DNA from: Auanema rhodensis
Lineage: Eukaryota > Animalia > Nematoda
Direction: 5' to 3'
DNA length: 64,000 bases
Assembly (NCBI GenBank): GCA_964057225.1
Contig: OZ059895.1
Location: 20,460,001 to 20,524,000 of the forward strand
Below are positions 1-13,100 of the stretch, piece after piece. Numbering within the stretch: the first letter of the stretch is position 1; the number at the start of each line of letters is the position of its first letter. A model generated the notes under the pieces. That model was not told where the DNA came from. It saw nothing but the letters and a program-made list of their open reading frames with translations, and did not search any database. The translations under genes and the position numbers were made by a program.

Positions 1-1202
1 TTGGTATGTAACTCGCTTCACGTCAAAGATAAAGAGATGCGGTTTTCAAAATTAGATTCCCCATGTCCATATTAGTCTAAAAACAAATTTTTATTGATAT
101 TGGTGGATGGTAACCATGACTTTGAAATTTACGTGAACTTTAATTTATGCTAATTAAGTGCACACATGATGTGCACTTGGTATGTAACTCGCTTCACGTG
201 AAAGATAAAGGGATGCGGTTTTCAAAATTAGATTTCGCATGTCCATTTTAGTCTAAAAACAAATTGTTATTGATATTGGTGCATGGTAACCATGACTTTA
301 AAATTTACGTGAACTTTAATTTATGCTAATTAAGTGTACACATGATGTGCACTTGGTATGTAACTCGCTTCAAGTGAAAGATGAAGAGATGCGGTTTTCA
401 AAATTAGATTTCGCATGTCCATATTAGTCTAAAAACAAATTTCTATTGATATTGGTGCATGGTAACCATGACTTTGAAAATTACGTGAACTTTAATTTAT
501 GCTAATTAAGTGTACACGTGATGTGCACTTGGTATGTAACTCGCTTCACGTCAAAGATAAAGAGATGCGGTTTTCAAAATTAGATTTCGCATGTCCATAT
601 AAGTCTCAAAACAAATTTTTATTGATATTGGTGCATGGTAACCATGACTTTGAAATTTACGTGAACTTTAATTTATGCTAATTAAGTGCACACATGATGT
701 GCACTTGGTATGTAACTCGCTTCACGTGAAAGATAAAGGGATGCGGTTTTCAAAATTAGATTTCGCATGTCCATATTAGTCTAAAAACAAATTGTTATTG
801 ATATTGGTGCATGGTAACCATGACTTTAAAATTTACGTGAACTTTAATTTATGCTAATTAAGTGTACACATGATGTGCACTTGGTATGTAACTCGCTTCA
901 AGTGAAAGATAAAGAGATGCGGTTTTCAAAATTAGATTTCGCATGTCCATATTAGTCTAAAAACAAATTTTTATTGATATTGGTGCATGGTAACCATGAC
1001 TTTGAAATTTACGTGAACTTTAATTTATGCTAATTAAGTGTACACGTGATGTGCACTTGGTATGTAACTCGCTTCACGTCAAAGATAAAGAGATGCGGTT
1101 TTCAAAATTAGATTTCGCATGTCCATATAAGTCTAAAAACAAATTTTTATTGATATTGGTGCATGGTAACCATGACTTTGAAATTTACGTGAACTTTAAT
1201 TT

Positions 1203-4200
1203 ATGCTAATTAAGTGTACACATGCTGTGCACTTGGTATGTAACTCGCTTCACGTCAAAGATAAAGAGATGCGGTTTTCAAAATTAGATTTCGCATGTCC
1301 ATATAAGTCTAAAAACAAATTTTTATTGATATTGGTGCATGGTAACCATGACTTTAAAATTTACGTGAACTTTAATTTATGCTAATTTAGTGTACACATG
1401 ATGTGCACTTGGTATGTAACTCGCTTCACGTCAAAGATAAAGAGATGCGGTTTTCAAAATTAGATTCCCCATGTCCATATTAGTCTAAAAACAAATTTTT
1501 ATTGATATTGGTGGATGGTAACCATGACTTTGAAATTTACGTGAACTTTAATTTATGCTAATTAAGTGCACACATGATGTGCACTTGGTATGTAACTCGC
1601 TTCACGTGAAAGATAAAGGGATGCGGTTTTCAAAATTAGATTTCGCATGTCCATATTAGTCTAAAAACAAATTGTTATTGATATTGGTGCATGGTAACCA
1701 TGACTTTAAAATTTACGTGAACTTTAATTTATGCTAATTAAGTGTACACATGATGTGCACTTGGTATGTAACTCGCTTCACGTCAAAGATAAAGAGATGC
1801 GGTTTTCAAAATTAGATTCCCCATGTCCATATTAGTCTAAAAACAAATTTTTATTGATATTGGTGGATGGTAATCATGACTTTGAAATTTACGTGAACTT
1901 TAATTTATGCTAATTAAGTGCACATATGATGTGCACTTGGTATGTAACTCGCTTCACGTCAAAGATAAAGAGATGCGGTTTTCAAAATTAGATTCCCCAT
2001 GTCCATATTAGTCTAAAAACAAATTTTTATTGATATTGGTGGATGGTAACCATGACTTTGAAATTTACGTGAACTTTAATTTATGCTAATTAAGTGCACA
2101 CATGATGTGCACTTGGTATGTAACTCGCTTCACGTGAAAGATAAAGGGATGCGGTTTTCAAAATTAGATTTCGCATGTCCATATTAGTCTAAAAACAAAT
2201 TGTTATTGATATTGGTGCATGGTAACCATGACTTTAAAATTTACGTGAACTTTAATTTATGCTAATTAAGTGTACACATGATGTGCACTTGGTATGTAAC
2301 TCGCTTCAAGTGAAAGATAAATAGATGCGGTTTTCAAAATTAGATTTCGCATGTCCATATTAGTCTAAAAACAAATTTTTATTGATATTGGTGCATGGTA
2401 ACCATGACTTTGAAATTTACGTGAACTTTAATTTATGCTAATTAAGTGTACACGTGATGTGCACTTGGTATGTAACTCGCTTCACGTCAAAGATAAAGAG
2501 ATGCGGTTTTCAAAATTAGATTTCGCATGTCCATATAAGTCTAAAAACAAATTTTTATTGATATTGGTGCATGGTAACCATGACTTTGAAATTTACGTGA
2601 ACTTTAATTTATGCTAATTAAGTGTACACATGCTGTGCACTTGGTATGTAACTCGCTTCACGTCAAAGATAAAGAGATGCGGTTTTCAAAATTAGATTCC
2701 CCATGTCCATATTAGTCTAAAAACAAATTTTTATTAATATTGGTGCATGGTAACCATGACTTTGAAATTTACGTGAACTTTAATTTATGCTAATTAAGTG
2801 CACACATGATGTGCACTTGGTATGTAACTCGCTTCACGTGAAAGATAAAGGGATGCGGTTTTCAAAATTAGATTTCGCATGTCCATTTTAGTCTAAAAAC
2901 AAATTGTTATTGATATTGGTGCATGGTAACCATGACTTTAAAATTTACGTGAACTTTAATTTATGCTAATTAAGTGTACACATGATGTGCACTTGGTATG
3001 TAACTCGCTTCAAGTGAAAGATAAAGAGATGCAGTTTTCAAAATTAGATTTCGCATGTCCATATTAGTCTAAAAACAAATTTTTATTGATATTGGTGCAT
3101 GGTAACCATGACTTTGAAAATTACGTGAACTTTAATTTATGCTAATTAAGTGTACACGTGATGTGCACTTGGTATGTAACTCGCTTCACGTCAAAGATAA
3201 AGAGATGCGGTTTTCAAAATTAGATTTCGCATGTCCATATAAGTCTCAAAACAAATTTTTATTGATATTGGTGCATGGTAACCATGACTTTGAAATTTAC
3301 GTGAACTTTAATTTATGCTAATTAAGTGTACACATGCTGTGCACTTGGTATGTAACTCGCTTCACGTCAAAGATAAAGAGATGCGGTTTTCAAAATTAGA
3401 TTTCGCATGTCCATATAAGTCTAAAAACAAATTTTTATTGATATTGGTGCATGGTAACCATGACTTTGAAATTTACGTGAACTTTAATTTATGCTAATTA
3501 AGTGTACACATGCTGTGCACTTGGTATGTAACTCGCTTCACGTCAAAGATAAAGAGATGCGGTTTTCAAAATTAGATTTCGCATGTCCATATAAGTCTAA
3601 AAACAAATTTTTATTGATATTGGTGCATGGTAACCATGACTTTAAAATTTACGTGAACTTTAATTTATGCTAATTTAGTGTACACATGATGTGCACTTGG
3701 TATGTAACTCGCTTCACGTCAAAGATAAAGAGATGCGGTTTTCAAAATTAGATTCCCCATGTCCATATTAGTCTAAAAACAAATTTTTATTGATATTGGT
3801 GGATGGTAACCATGACTTTGAAATTTACGTGAACTTTAATTTATGCTAATTAAGTGCACACATGATGTGCACTTGGTATGTAACTCGCTTCACGTGAAAG
3901 ATAAAGGGATGCGGTTTTCAAAATTAGATTTCGCATGTCCATATTAGTCTAAAAACAAATTGTTATTGATATTGGTGCATGGTAACCATGACTTTAAAAT
4001 TTACGTGAACTTTAATTTATGCTAATTAAGTGTACACATGATGTGCACTTGGTATGTAACTCGCTTCACGTCAAAGATAAAGAGATGCGGTTTTCAAAAT
4101 TAGATTCCCCATGTCCATATTAGTCTAAAAACAAATTTTTATTGATATTGGTGGATGGTAATCATGACTTTGAAATTTACGTGAACTTTAATTTATGCTA

Positions 4201-4546
4201 ATTAAGTGCACATATGATGTGCACTTGGTATGTAACTCGCTTCACGTCAAAGATAAAGAGATGCGGTTTTCAAAATTAGATTCCCCATGTCCATATTAGT
4301 CTAAAAACAAATTTTTATTGATATTGGTGGATGGTAACCATGACTTTGAAATTTACGTGAACTTTAATTTATGCTAATTAAGTGCACACATGATGTGCAC
4401 TTGGTATGTAACTCGCTTCACGTGAAAGATAAAGGGATGCGGTTTTCAAAATTAGATTTCGCATGTCCATATTAGTCTAAAAACAAATTGTTATTGATAT
4501 TGGTGCATGGTAACCATGACTTTAAAATTTACGTGAACTTTAATTT
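1203..4546. repeat. Six-monomer block duplication (1203-2258 and 3491-4546; offset 13 monomers, 2288 bp)
   Basis: Rare markers GGTAATCATG (near 1871 and 4159) and GCACATATG (near 1920 and 4208) occur in the same monomer order in both copies. Confidence 0.85.
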
Positions 4547-6658
4547 ATGCTAATTAAGTGCACACATGATGTGCACTTGGTATGTAACTCGCTTCACGTG
4601 AAAGATAAAGGGATGCGGTTTTCAAAATTAGATTTCGCATGTCCATTTTAGTCTAAAAACAAATTGTTATTGATATTGGTGCATGGTAACCATGACTTTA
4701 AAATTTACGTGAACTTTAATTTATGCTAATTAAGTGTACACATGATGTGCACTTGGTATGTAACTCGCTTCAAGTGAAAGATAAAGAGATGCAGTTTTCA
4801 AAATTAGATTTCGCATGTCCATATTAGTCTAAAAACAAATTTTTATTGATATTGGTGCATGGTAACCATGACTTTGAAAATTACGTGAACTTTAATTTAT
4901 GCTAATTAAGTGTACACGTGATGTGCACTTGGTATGTAACTCGCTTCACGTCAAAGATAAAGAGATGCGGTTTTCAAAATTAGATTTCGCATGTCCATAT
5001 AAGTCTCAAAACAAATTTTTATTGATATTGGTGCATGGTAACCATGACTTTGAAATTTACGTGAACTTTAATTTATGCTAATTAAGTGTACACATGCTGT
5101 GCACTTGGTATGTAACTCGCTTCACGTCAAAGATAAAGAGATGCGGTTTTCAAAATTAGATTCCCCATGTCCATATTAGTCTAAAAACAAATTTTTATTA
5201 ATATTGGTGCATGGTAACCATGACTTTAAAATTTACGTGAACTTTAATTTATGCTAATTAAGTGTACACGTGATGTGCACTTGGTATGTAACTCGCTTCA
5301 CGTGAAAGATAAAGAGATGCGGTTTTCAAAATTAGATTCCCCATGTCCATATTAGTCTAAAAACAAATTTTTATTGATATTGGTGCATGGTAACCATGAC
5401 TTTAAAATTTACGTGAACTTTAATTTATGCTAATTAAGTGCACACATGATGTGCACTTGGTATGTAACTCGCTTCACGTCAAAGATAAAGAGATGCGGTT
5501 TTCAAAATTAGATTTCGCATGTCCATATTAGTCTAAAAACAAATTTTTATTGATATTGGTGCATGGTAACCATGACTTTAAAATTTACGTGAACTTTAAT
5601 TTATGCTAATTTAGTGTACACATGATGTGCACTTGGTATGTAACTCGCTTCACGTCAAAGATAAAGAGATGCGGTTTTCAAAATTAGATTCCCCATGTCC
5701 ATATTAGTCTAAAAACAAATTTTTATTGATATTGGTGGATGGTAACCATGACTTTGAAATTTACGTGAACTTTAATTTATGCTAATTAAGTGCACACATG
5801 ATGTGCACTTGGTATGTAACTCGCTTCACGTGAAAGATAAAGGGATGCGGTTTTCAAAATTAGATTTCGCATGTCCATTTTAGTCTAAAAACAAATTGTT
5901 ATTGATATTGGTGCATGGTAACCATGACTTTAAAATTTACGTGAACTTTAATTTATGCTAATTAAGTGTACACATGATGTGCACTTGGTATGTAACTCGC
6001 TTCAAGTGAAAGATAAAGAGATGCGGTTTTCAAAATTAGATTTCGCATGTCCATATTAGTCTAAAAACAAATTTTTATTGATATTGGTGCATGGTAACCA
6101 TGACTTTGAAAATTACGTGAACTTTAATTTATGCTAATTAAGTGTACACGTGATGTGCACTTGGTATGTAACTCGCTTCACGTCAAAGATAAAGAGATGC
6201 GGTTTTCAAAATTAGATTTCGCATGTCCATATAAGTCTCAAAACAAATTTTTATTGATATTGGTGCATGGTAACCATGACTTTGAAATTTACGTGAACTT
6301 TAATTTATGCTAATTAAGTGTACACATGCTGTGCACTTGGTATGTAACTCGCTTCACGTCAAAGATAAAGAGATGCGGTTTTCAAAATTAGATTCCCCAT
6401 GTCCATATTAGTCTAAAAACAAATTTTTATTAATATTGGTGCATGGTAACCATGACTTTAAAATTTACGTGAACTTTAATTTATGCTAATTAAGTGTACA
6501 CGTGATGTGCACTTGGTATGTAACTCGCTTCACGTGAAAGATAAAGAGATGCGGTTTTCAAAATTAGATTCCCCATGTCCATATTAGTCTAAAAACAAAT
6601 TTTCATTGATATTGGTGCATGGTAACCATGACTTTAAAATTTACGTGAACTTTAATTT
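4547..6658. repeat. 7-mer (1232 bp) higher-order repeat, about 1.7 copies; same arrangement again at 15107-17217 and 22850-24960
   Basis: ORF pairs 4899/6131, 15459/16691 and 23202/24434 are each 1232 bp apart, and the flanking variant monomers match in order. Confidence 0.8.
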
Positions 6659-9600
6659 ATGCTAATTAAGTGTACACATGATGTGCACTTGGTATGTAAC
6701 TCGCTTCACGTCAAAGATAAAGAGATGAGGTTTTCAAAATTAGATTCCCCATGTCCATATTAGTCTAAAAACAAATTTTTATTGATATTGGTGCATGGTA
6801 ACCATGACTTTAAAATTTACGTGAACTTTAATTTATGCTAATTAAGTGTACACATGATGTGCACTTGGTATGTAACTCGCTTCACGTCAAAGATAAAGAG
6901 ATGCGGTTTTCAAAATTAGATTCCCCATGTCCATATTAGTCTAAAAACAAATTTTTATTAATATTGGTGCATGGTAACCATGACTTTGAAATTTACGTGA
7001 ACTTTAATTTATGCTAATTAAGTGTACACGTGATGTGCACTTGGTATGTAACTTGCTTCACGTGAAAGATAAAGAGATGCGGTTTTCAAAATTAGATTCC
7101 GCATGTCCATATTAGTCTAAAAACAAATTTTTATTGATATTGGTGCATGGTAACCATGACTTTGAAATTTACGTGAACTTTAATTTATGCTAATTAAGTG
7201 TACACATGATGTGCACTTGGTATGTAACTTGCTTCACGTGAAAGATAAAGAGATGCGGTTTTCAAAATTAGATTTCGCATGTCCATATTAGTCTAAAAAC
7301 AAATTTTTATTGATATTGGTGCATGGTAACCATGACTTTGAAATTTACGTGAACTTTAATTTATGCTAATTAAGTGTACACGTGATGTGCACTTGGTATG
7401 TAACTTGCTTCACGTGAAAGATAAAGAGATGCGGTTTTCAAAATTAGATTTCGCATGTCCATATTAGTCTAAAAACAAATTTTTATTAATATTGGTGCAT
7501 GGTAACCATGACTTTGAAATTTACGTGAACTTTAATTTATGCTAATTAAGTGTACACGTGATGTGCACTTGGTATGTAACTTGCTTCACGTGAAAGATAA
7601 AGAGATGCGGTTTTCAAAATTAGATTCCCCATGTCCATATTAGTCTAAAAACAAATTTTTATTAATATTGGTGCATGGTAACCATGACTTTGAAATTTAC
7701 GTGAACTTTAATTTATGCTAATTAAGTGTACACATGATGTGCACTTGGTATGTAACTCGCTTCAAGTGAAAGATAAAGAGATGCGGTTTTCAAAATTAGA
7801 TTTCGCATGTCCATATTAGTCTAAAAACAAATTTTTATTGATATTGGTGCATGGTAACCATGACTTTAAAATTTACGTGAACTTTAATTTATGCTAATTA
7901 AGTGTACACGTGATGTGCACTTGGTATGTAACTCGCTTCAAGTGAAAGATAAAGAGATGCGGTTTTCAAAATTAGATTCCCCATGTCCATATTAGTCTAA
8001 AAACAAATTTTTATTGATATTGGTGCATGGTAACCATGACTTTAAAATTTACGTGAACTTTAATTTATGCTAATTAAGTGTACACATGATGTGCACTTGG
8101 TATGTAACTCGCTTCAAGTGAAAGATAAAGAGATGCGGTTTTCAAAATTAGATTCCCCATGTCCATATTAGTCTAAAAACAAATTTTTATTGATATTGGT
8201 GCATGGTAACCATGACTTTAAAATTTACGTGAACTTTAATTTATGCTAATTAAGTGCACACATGATGTGCACTTGGTATGTAACTCGCTTCACGTCAAAG
8301 ATAAAGAGATGCGGTTTTCAAAATTAGATTTCGCATGTCCATATTAGTCTAAAAACAAATTTTTATTGATATTGGTGCATGGTAACCATGACTTTGAAAT
8401 TTACGTGAACTTTAATTTATGCTAATTAAGTGTACACGTGATGTGCACTTGGTATGTAACTTGCTTCACGTGAAAGATAAAGAGATGCGGTTTTCAAAAT
8501 TAGATTTCGCATGTCCATATTAGTCTAAAAACAAATTTTTATTGATATTGGTGCATGGTAACCATGACTTTGAAATTTACGTGAACTTTAATTTATGCTA
8601 ATTAAGTGTACACATGATGTGCACTTGGTATGTAACTCGCTTCAAGTGAAAGATAAAGAGATGCGGTTTTCAAAATTAGATTTCGCATGTCCATATTAGT
8701 CTAAAAACAAATTTTTATTGATATTGGTGCATGGTAACCATGACTTTAAAATTTACGTGAACTTTAATTTATGCTAATTTAGTGTACACATGATGTGCAC
8801 TTGGTATGTAACTCGCTTCACGTCAAAGATAAAGAGATGCGGTTTTCAAAATTAGATTCCCCATGTCCATATTAGTCTAAAAACAAATTTTTATTGATAT
8901 TGGTGGATGGTAACCATGACTTTGAAATTTACGTGAACTTTAATTTATGCTAATTAAGTGCACACATGATGTGCACTTGGTATGTAACTCGCTTCACGTG
9001 AAAGATAAAGGGATGCGGTTTTCAAAATTAGATTTCGCATGTCCATTTTAGTCTAAAAACAAATTGTTATTGATATTGGTGCATGGTAACCATGACTTTA
9101 AAATTTACGTGAACTTTAATTTATGCTAATTAAGTGTACACATGATGTGCACTTGGTATGTAACTCGCTTCAAGTGAAAGATAAAGAGATGCGGTTTTCA
9201 AAATTAGATTTCGCATGTCCATATTAGTCTAAAAACAAATTTTTATTGATATTGGTGCATGGTAACCATGACTTTGAAAATTACGTGAACTTTAATTTAT
9301 GCTAATTAAGTGTACACGTGATGTGCACTTGGTATGTAACTCGCTTCACGTCAAAGATAAAGAGATGCGGTTTTCAAAATTAGATTTCGCATGTCCATAT
9401 AAGTCTCAAAACAAATTTTTATTGATATTGGTGCATGGTAACCATGACTTTGAAATTTACGTGAACTTTAATTTATGCTAATTAAGTGTACACATGCTGT
9501 GCACTTGGTATGTAACTCGCTTCACGTCAAAGATAAAGAGATGCGGTTTTCAAAATTAGATTCCCCATGTCCATATTAGTCTAAAAACAAATTTTTATTA

Positions 9601-10178
9601 ATATTGGTGCATGGTAACCATGACTTTAAAATTTACGTGAACTTTAATTTATGCTAATTAAGTGTACACGTGATGTGCACTTGGTATGTAACTCGCTTCA
9701 CGTGAAAGATAAAGAGATGCGGTTTTCAAAATTAGATTCCCCATGTCCATATTAGTCTAAAAACAAATTTTTATTGATATTGGTGCATGGTAACCATGAC
9801 TTTAAAATTTACGTGAACTTTAATTTATGCTAATTAAGTGTACACATGATGTGCACTTGGTATGTAACTCGCTTCAAGTGAAAGATAAAGAGATGCGGTT
9901 TTCAAAATTAGATTTCGCATGTCCATATTAGTCTAAAAACAAATTTTTATTGATATTGGTGCATGGTAACCATGACTTTAAAATTTACGTGAACTTTAAT
10001 TTATGCTAATTAAGTGTACACGTGATGTGCACTTGGTATGTAACTCGCTTCAAGTGAAAGATAAAGAGATGCGGTTTTCAAAATTAGATTCCCCATGTCC
10101 ATATTAGTCTAAAAACAAATTTTTATTGATATTGGTGCATGGTAACCATGACTTTAAAATTTACGTGAACTTTAATTT

Positions 10179-13100
10179 ATGCTAATTAAGTGTACACATG
10201 ATGTGCACTTGGTATGTAACTCGCTTCAAGTGAAAGATAAAGAGATGCGGTTTTCAAAATTAGATTCCCCATGTCCATATTAGTCTAAAAACAAATTTTT
10301 ATTGATATTGGTGCATGGTAACCATGACTTTAAAATTTACGTGAACTTTAATTTATGCTAATTAAGTGCACACATGATGTGCACTTGGTATGTAACTCGC
10401 TTCACGTCAAAGATAAAGAGATGCGGTTTTCAAAATTAGATTTCGCATGTCCATATTAGTCTAAAAACAAATTTTTATTGATATTGGTGCATGGTAACCA
10501 TGACTTTGAAATTTACGTGAACTTTAATTTATGCTAATTAAGTGTACACGTGATGTGCACTTGGTATGTAACTTGCTTCACGTGAAAGATAAAGAGATGC
10601 GGTTTTCAAAATTAGATTTCGCATGTCCATATTAGTCTAAAAACAAATTTTTATTGATATTGGTGCATGGTAACCATGACTTTGAAATTTACGTGAACTT
10701 TAATTTATGCTAATTAAGTGCACACATGATGTGCACTTGGTATGTAACTCGCTTCACGTGAAAGATAAAGGGATGCGGTTTTCAAAATTAGATTTCGCAT
10801 GTCCATTTTAGTCTAAAAACAAATTGTTATTGATATTGGTGCATGGTAACCATGACTTTAAAATTTACGTGAACTTTAATTTATGCTAATTAAGTGTACA
10901 CATGATGTGCACTTGGTATGTAACTCGCTTCAAGTGAAAGATAAAGAGATGCGGTTTTCAAAATTAGATTTCGCATGTCCATATTAGTCTAAAAACAAAT
11001 TTTTATTGATATTGGTGCATGGTAACCATGACTTTGAAAATTACGTGAACTTTAATTTATGCTAATTAAGTGTACACGTGATGTGCACTTGGTATGTAAC
11101 TCGCTTCACGTCAAAGATAAAGAGATGCGGTTTTCAAAATTAGATTTCGCATGTCCATATAAGTCTCAAAACAAATTTTTATTGATATTGGTGCATGGTA
11201 ACCATGACTTTGAAATTTACGTGAACTTTAATTTATGCTAATTAAGTGTACACATGCTGTGCACTTGGTATGTAACTCGCTTCACGTCAAAGATAAAGAG
11301 ATGCGGTTTTCAAAATTAGATTCCCCATGTCCATATTAGTCTAAAAACAAATTTTTATTAATATTGGTGCATGGTAACCATGACTTTAAAATTTACGTGA
11401 ACTTTAATTTATGCTAATTAAGTGTACACGTGATGTGCACTTGGTATGTAACTCGCTTCACGTGAAAGATAAAGAGATGCGGTTTTCAAAATTAGATTCC
11501 CCATGTCCATATTAGTCTAAAAACAAATTTTTATTGATATTGGTGCATGGTAACCATGACTTTAAAATTTACGTGAACTTTAATTTATGCTAATTAAGTG
11601 TACACATGATGTGCACTTGGTATGTAACTCGCTTCAAGTGAAAGATAAAGAGATGCGGTTTTCAAAATTAGATTTCGCATGTCCATATTAGTCTAAAAAC
11701 AAATTTTTATTGATATTGGTGCATGGTAACCATGACTTTAAAATTTACGTGAACTTTAATTTATGCTAATTAAGTGTACACATGATGTGCACTTGGTATG
11801 TAACTCGCTTCAAGTGAAAGATAAAGAGATGCGGTTTTCAAAATTAGATTCCCCATGTCCATATTAGTCTAAAAACAAATTTTTATTGATATTGGTGCAT
11901 GGTAACCATGACTTTAAAATTTACGTGAACTTTAATTTATGCTAATTAAGTGCACACATGATGTGCACTTGGTATGTAACTCGCTTCACGTCAAAGATAA
12001 AGAGATGCGGTTTTCAAAATTAGATTTCGCATGTCCATATTAGTCTAAAAACAAATTTTTATTGATATTGGTGCATGGTAACCATGACTTTGAAATTTAC
12101 GTGAACTTTAATTTATGCTAATTAAGTGTACACGTGATGTGCACTTGGTATGTAACTTGCTTCACGTGAAAGATAAAGAGATGCGGTTTTCAAAATTAGA
12201 TTTCGCATGTCCATATTAGTCTAAAAACAAATTTTTATTGATATTGGTGCATGGTAACCATGACTTTGAAATTTACGTGAACTTTAATTTATGCTAATTA
12301 AGTGTACACATGATGTGCACTTGGTATGTAACTCGCTTCAAGTGAAAGATAAAGAGATGCGGTTTTCAAAATTAGATTTCGCATGTCCATATTAGTCTAA
12401 AAACAAATTTTTATTGATATTGGTGCATGGTAACCATGACTTTAAAATTTACGTGAACTTTAATTTATGCTAATTTAGTGTACACATGATGTGCACTTGG
12501 TATGTAACTCGCTTCACGTCAAAGATAAAGAGATGCGGTTTTCAAAATTAGATTCCCCATGTCCATATTAGTCTAAAAACAAATTTTCATTGATATTGGT
12601 GCATGGTAACCATGACTTTAAAATTTACGTGAACTTTAATTTATGCTAATTAAGTGTACACATGATGTGCACTTGGTATGTAACTCGCTTCAAGTGAAAG
12701 ATAAAGAGATGCGGTTTTCAAAATTAGATTCCCCATGTCCATATTAGTCTAAAAACAAATTTTTATTGATATTGGTGCATGGTAACCATGACTTTAAAAT
12801 TTACGTGAACTTTAATTTATGCTAATTAAGTGCACACATGATGTGCACTTGGTATGTAACTCGCTTCACGTCAAAGATAAAGAGATGCGGTTTTCAAAAT
12901 TAGATTTCGCATGTCCATATTAGTCTAAAAACAAATTTTTATTGATATTGGTGCATGGTAACCATGACTTTGAAATTTACGTGAACTTTAATTTATGCTA
13001 ATTAAGTGTACACGTGATGTGCACTTGGTATGTAACTTGCTTCACGTGAAAGATAAAGAGATGCGGTTTTCAAAATTAGATTTCGCATGTCCATATTAGT

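Noticed and set aside
189-260. CENP-B box
   Set aside because: TTCG occurs in the TTTCGC allele, but the required downstream A..CGGG of the NTTCGNNNNANNCGGGN motif is absent; I saw no CGGG or CCCG in the consensus.
277-294. RFX X-box (CATGGTAAC / CATGGCAAC)
   Set aside because: Only the right half-site matches GTTRCCATGGYAAC, the left half is poor, and there is no gene nearby to regulate.
514-522. Yeast CDEI-like RTCACRTG (reverse strand of CACGTGAT) or bHLH site as a functional element
   Set aside because: It is an 8-bp match present in only one allele class, with no CDEII/CDEIII context, so chance is sufficient.
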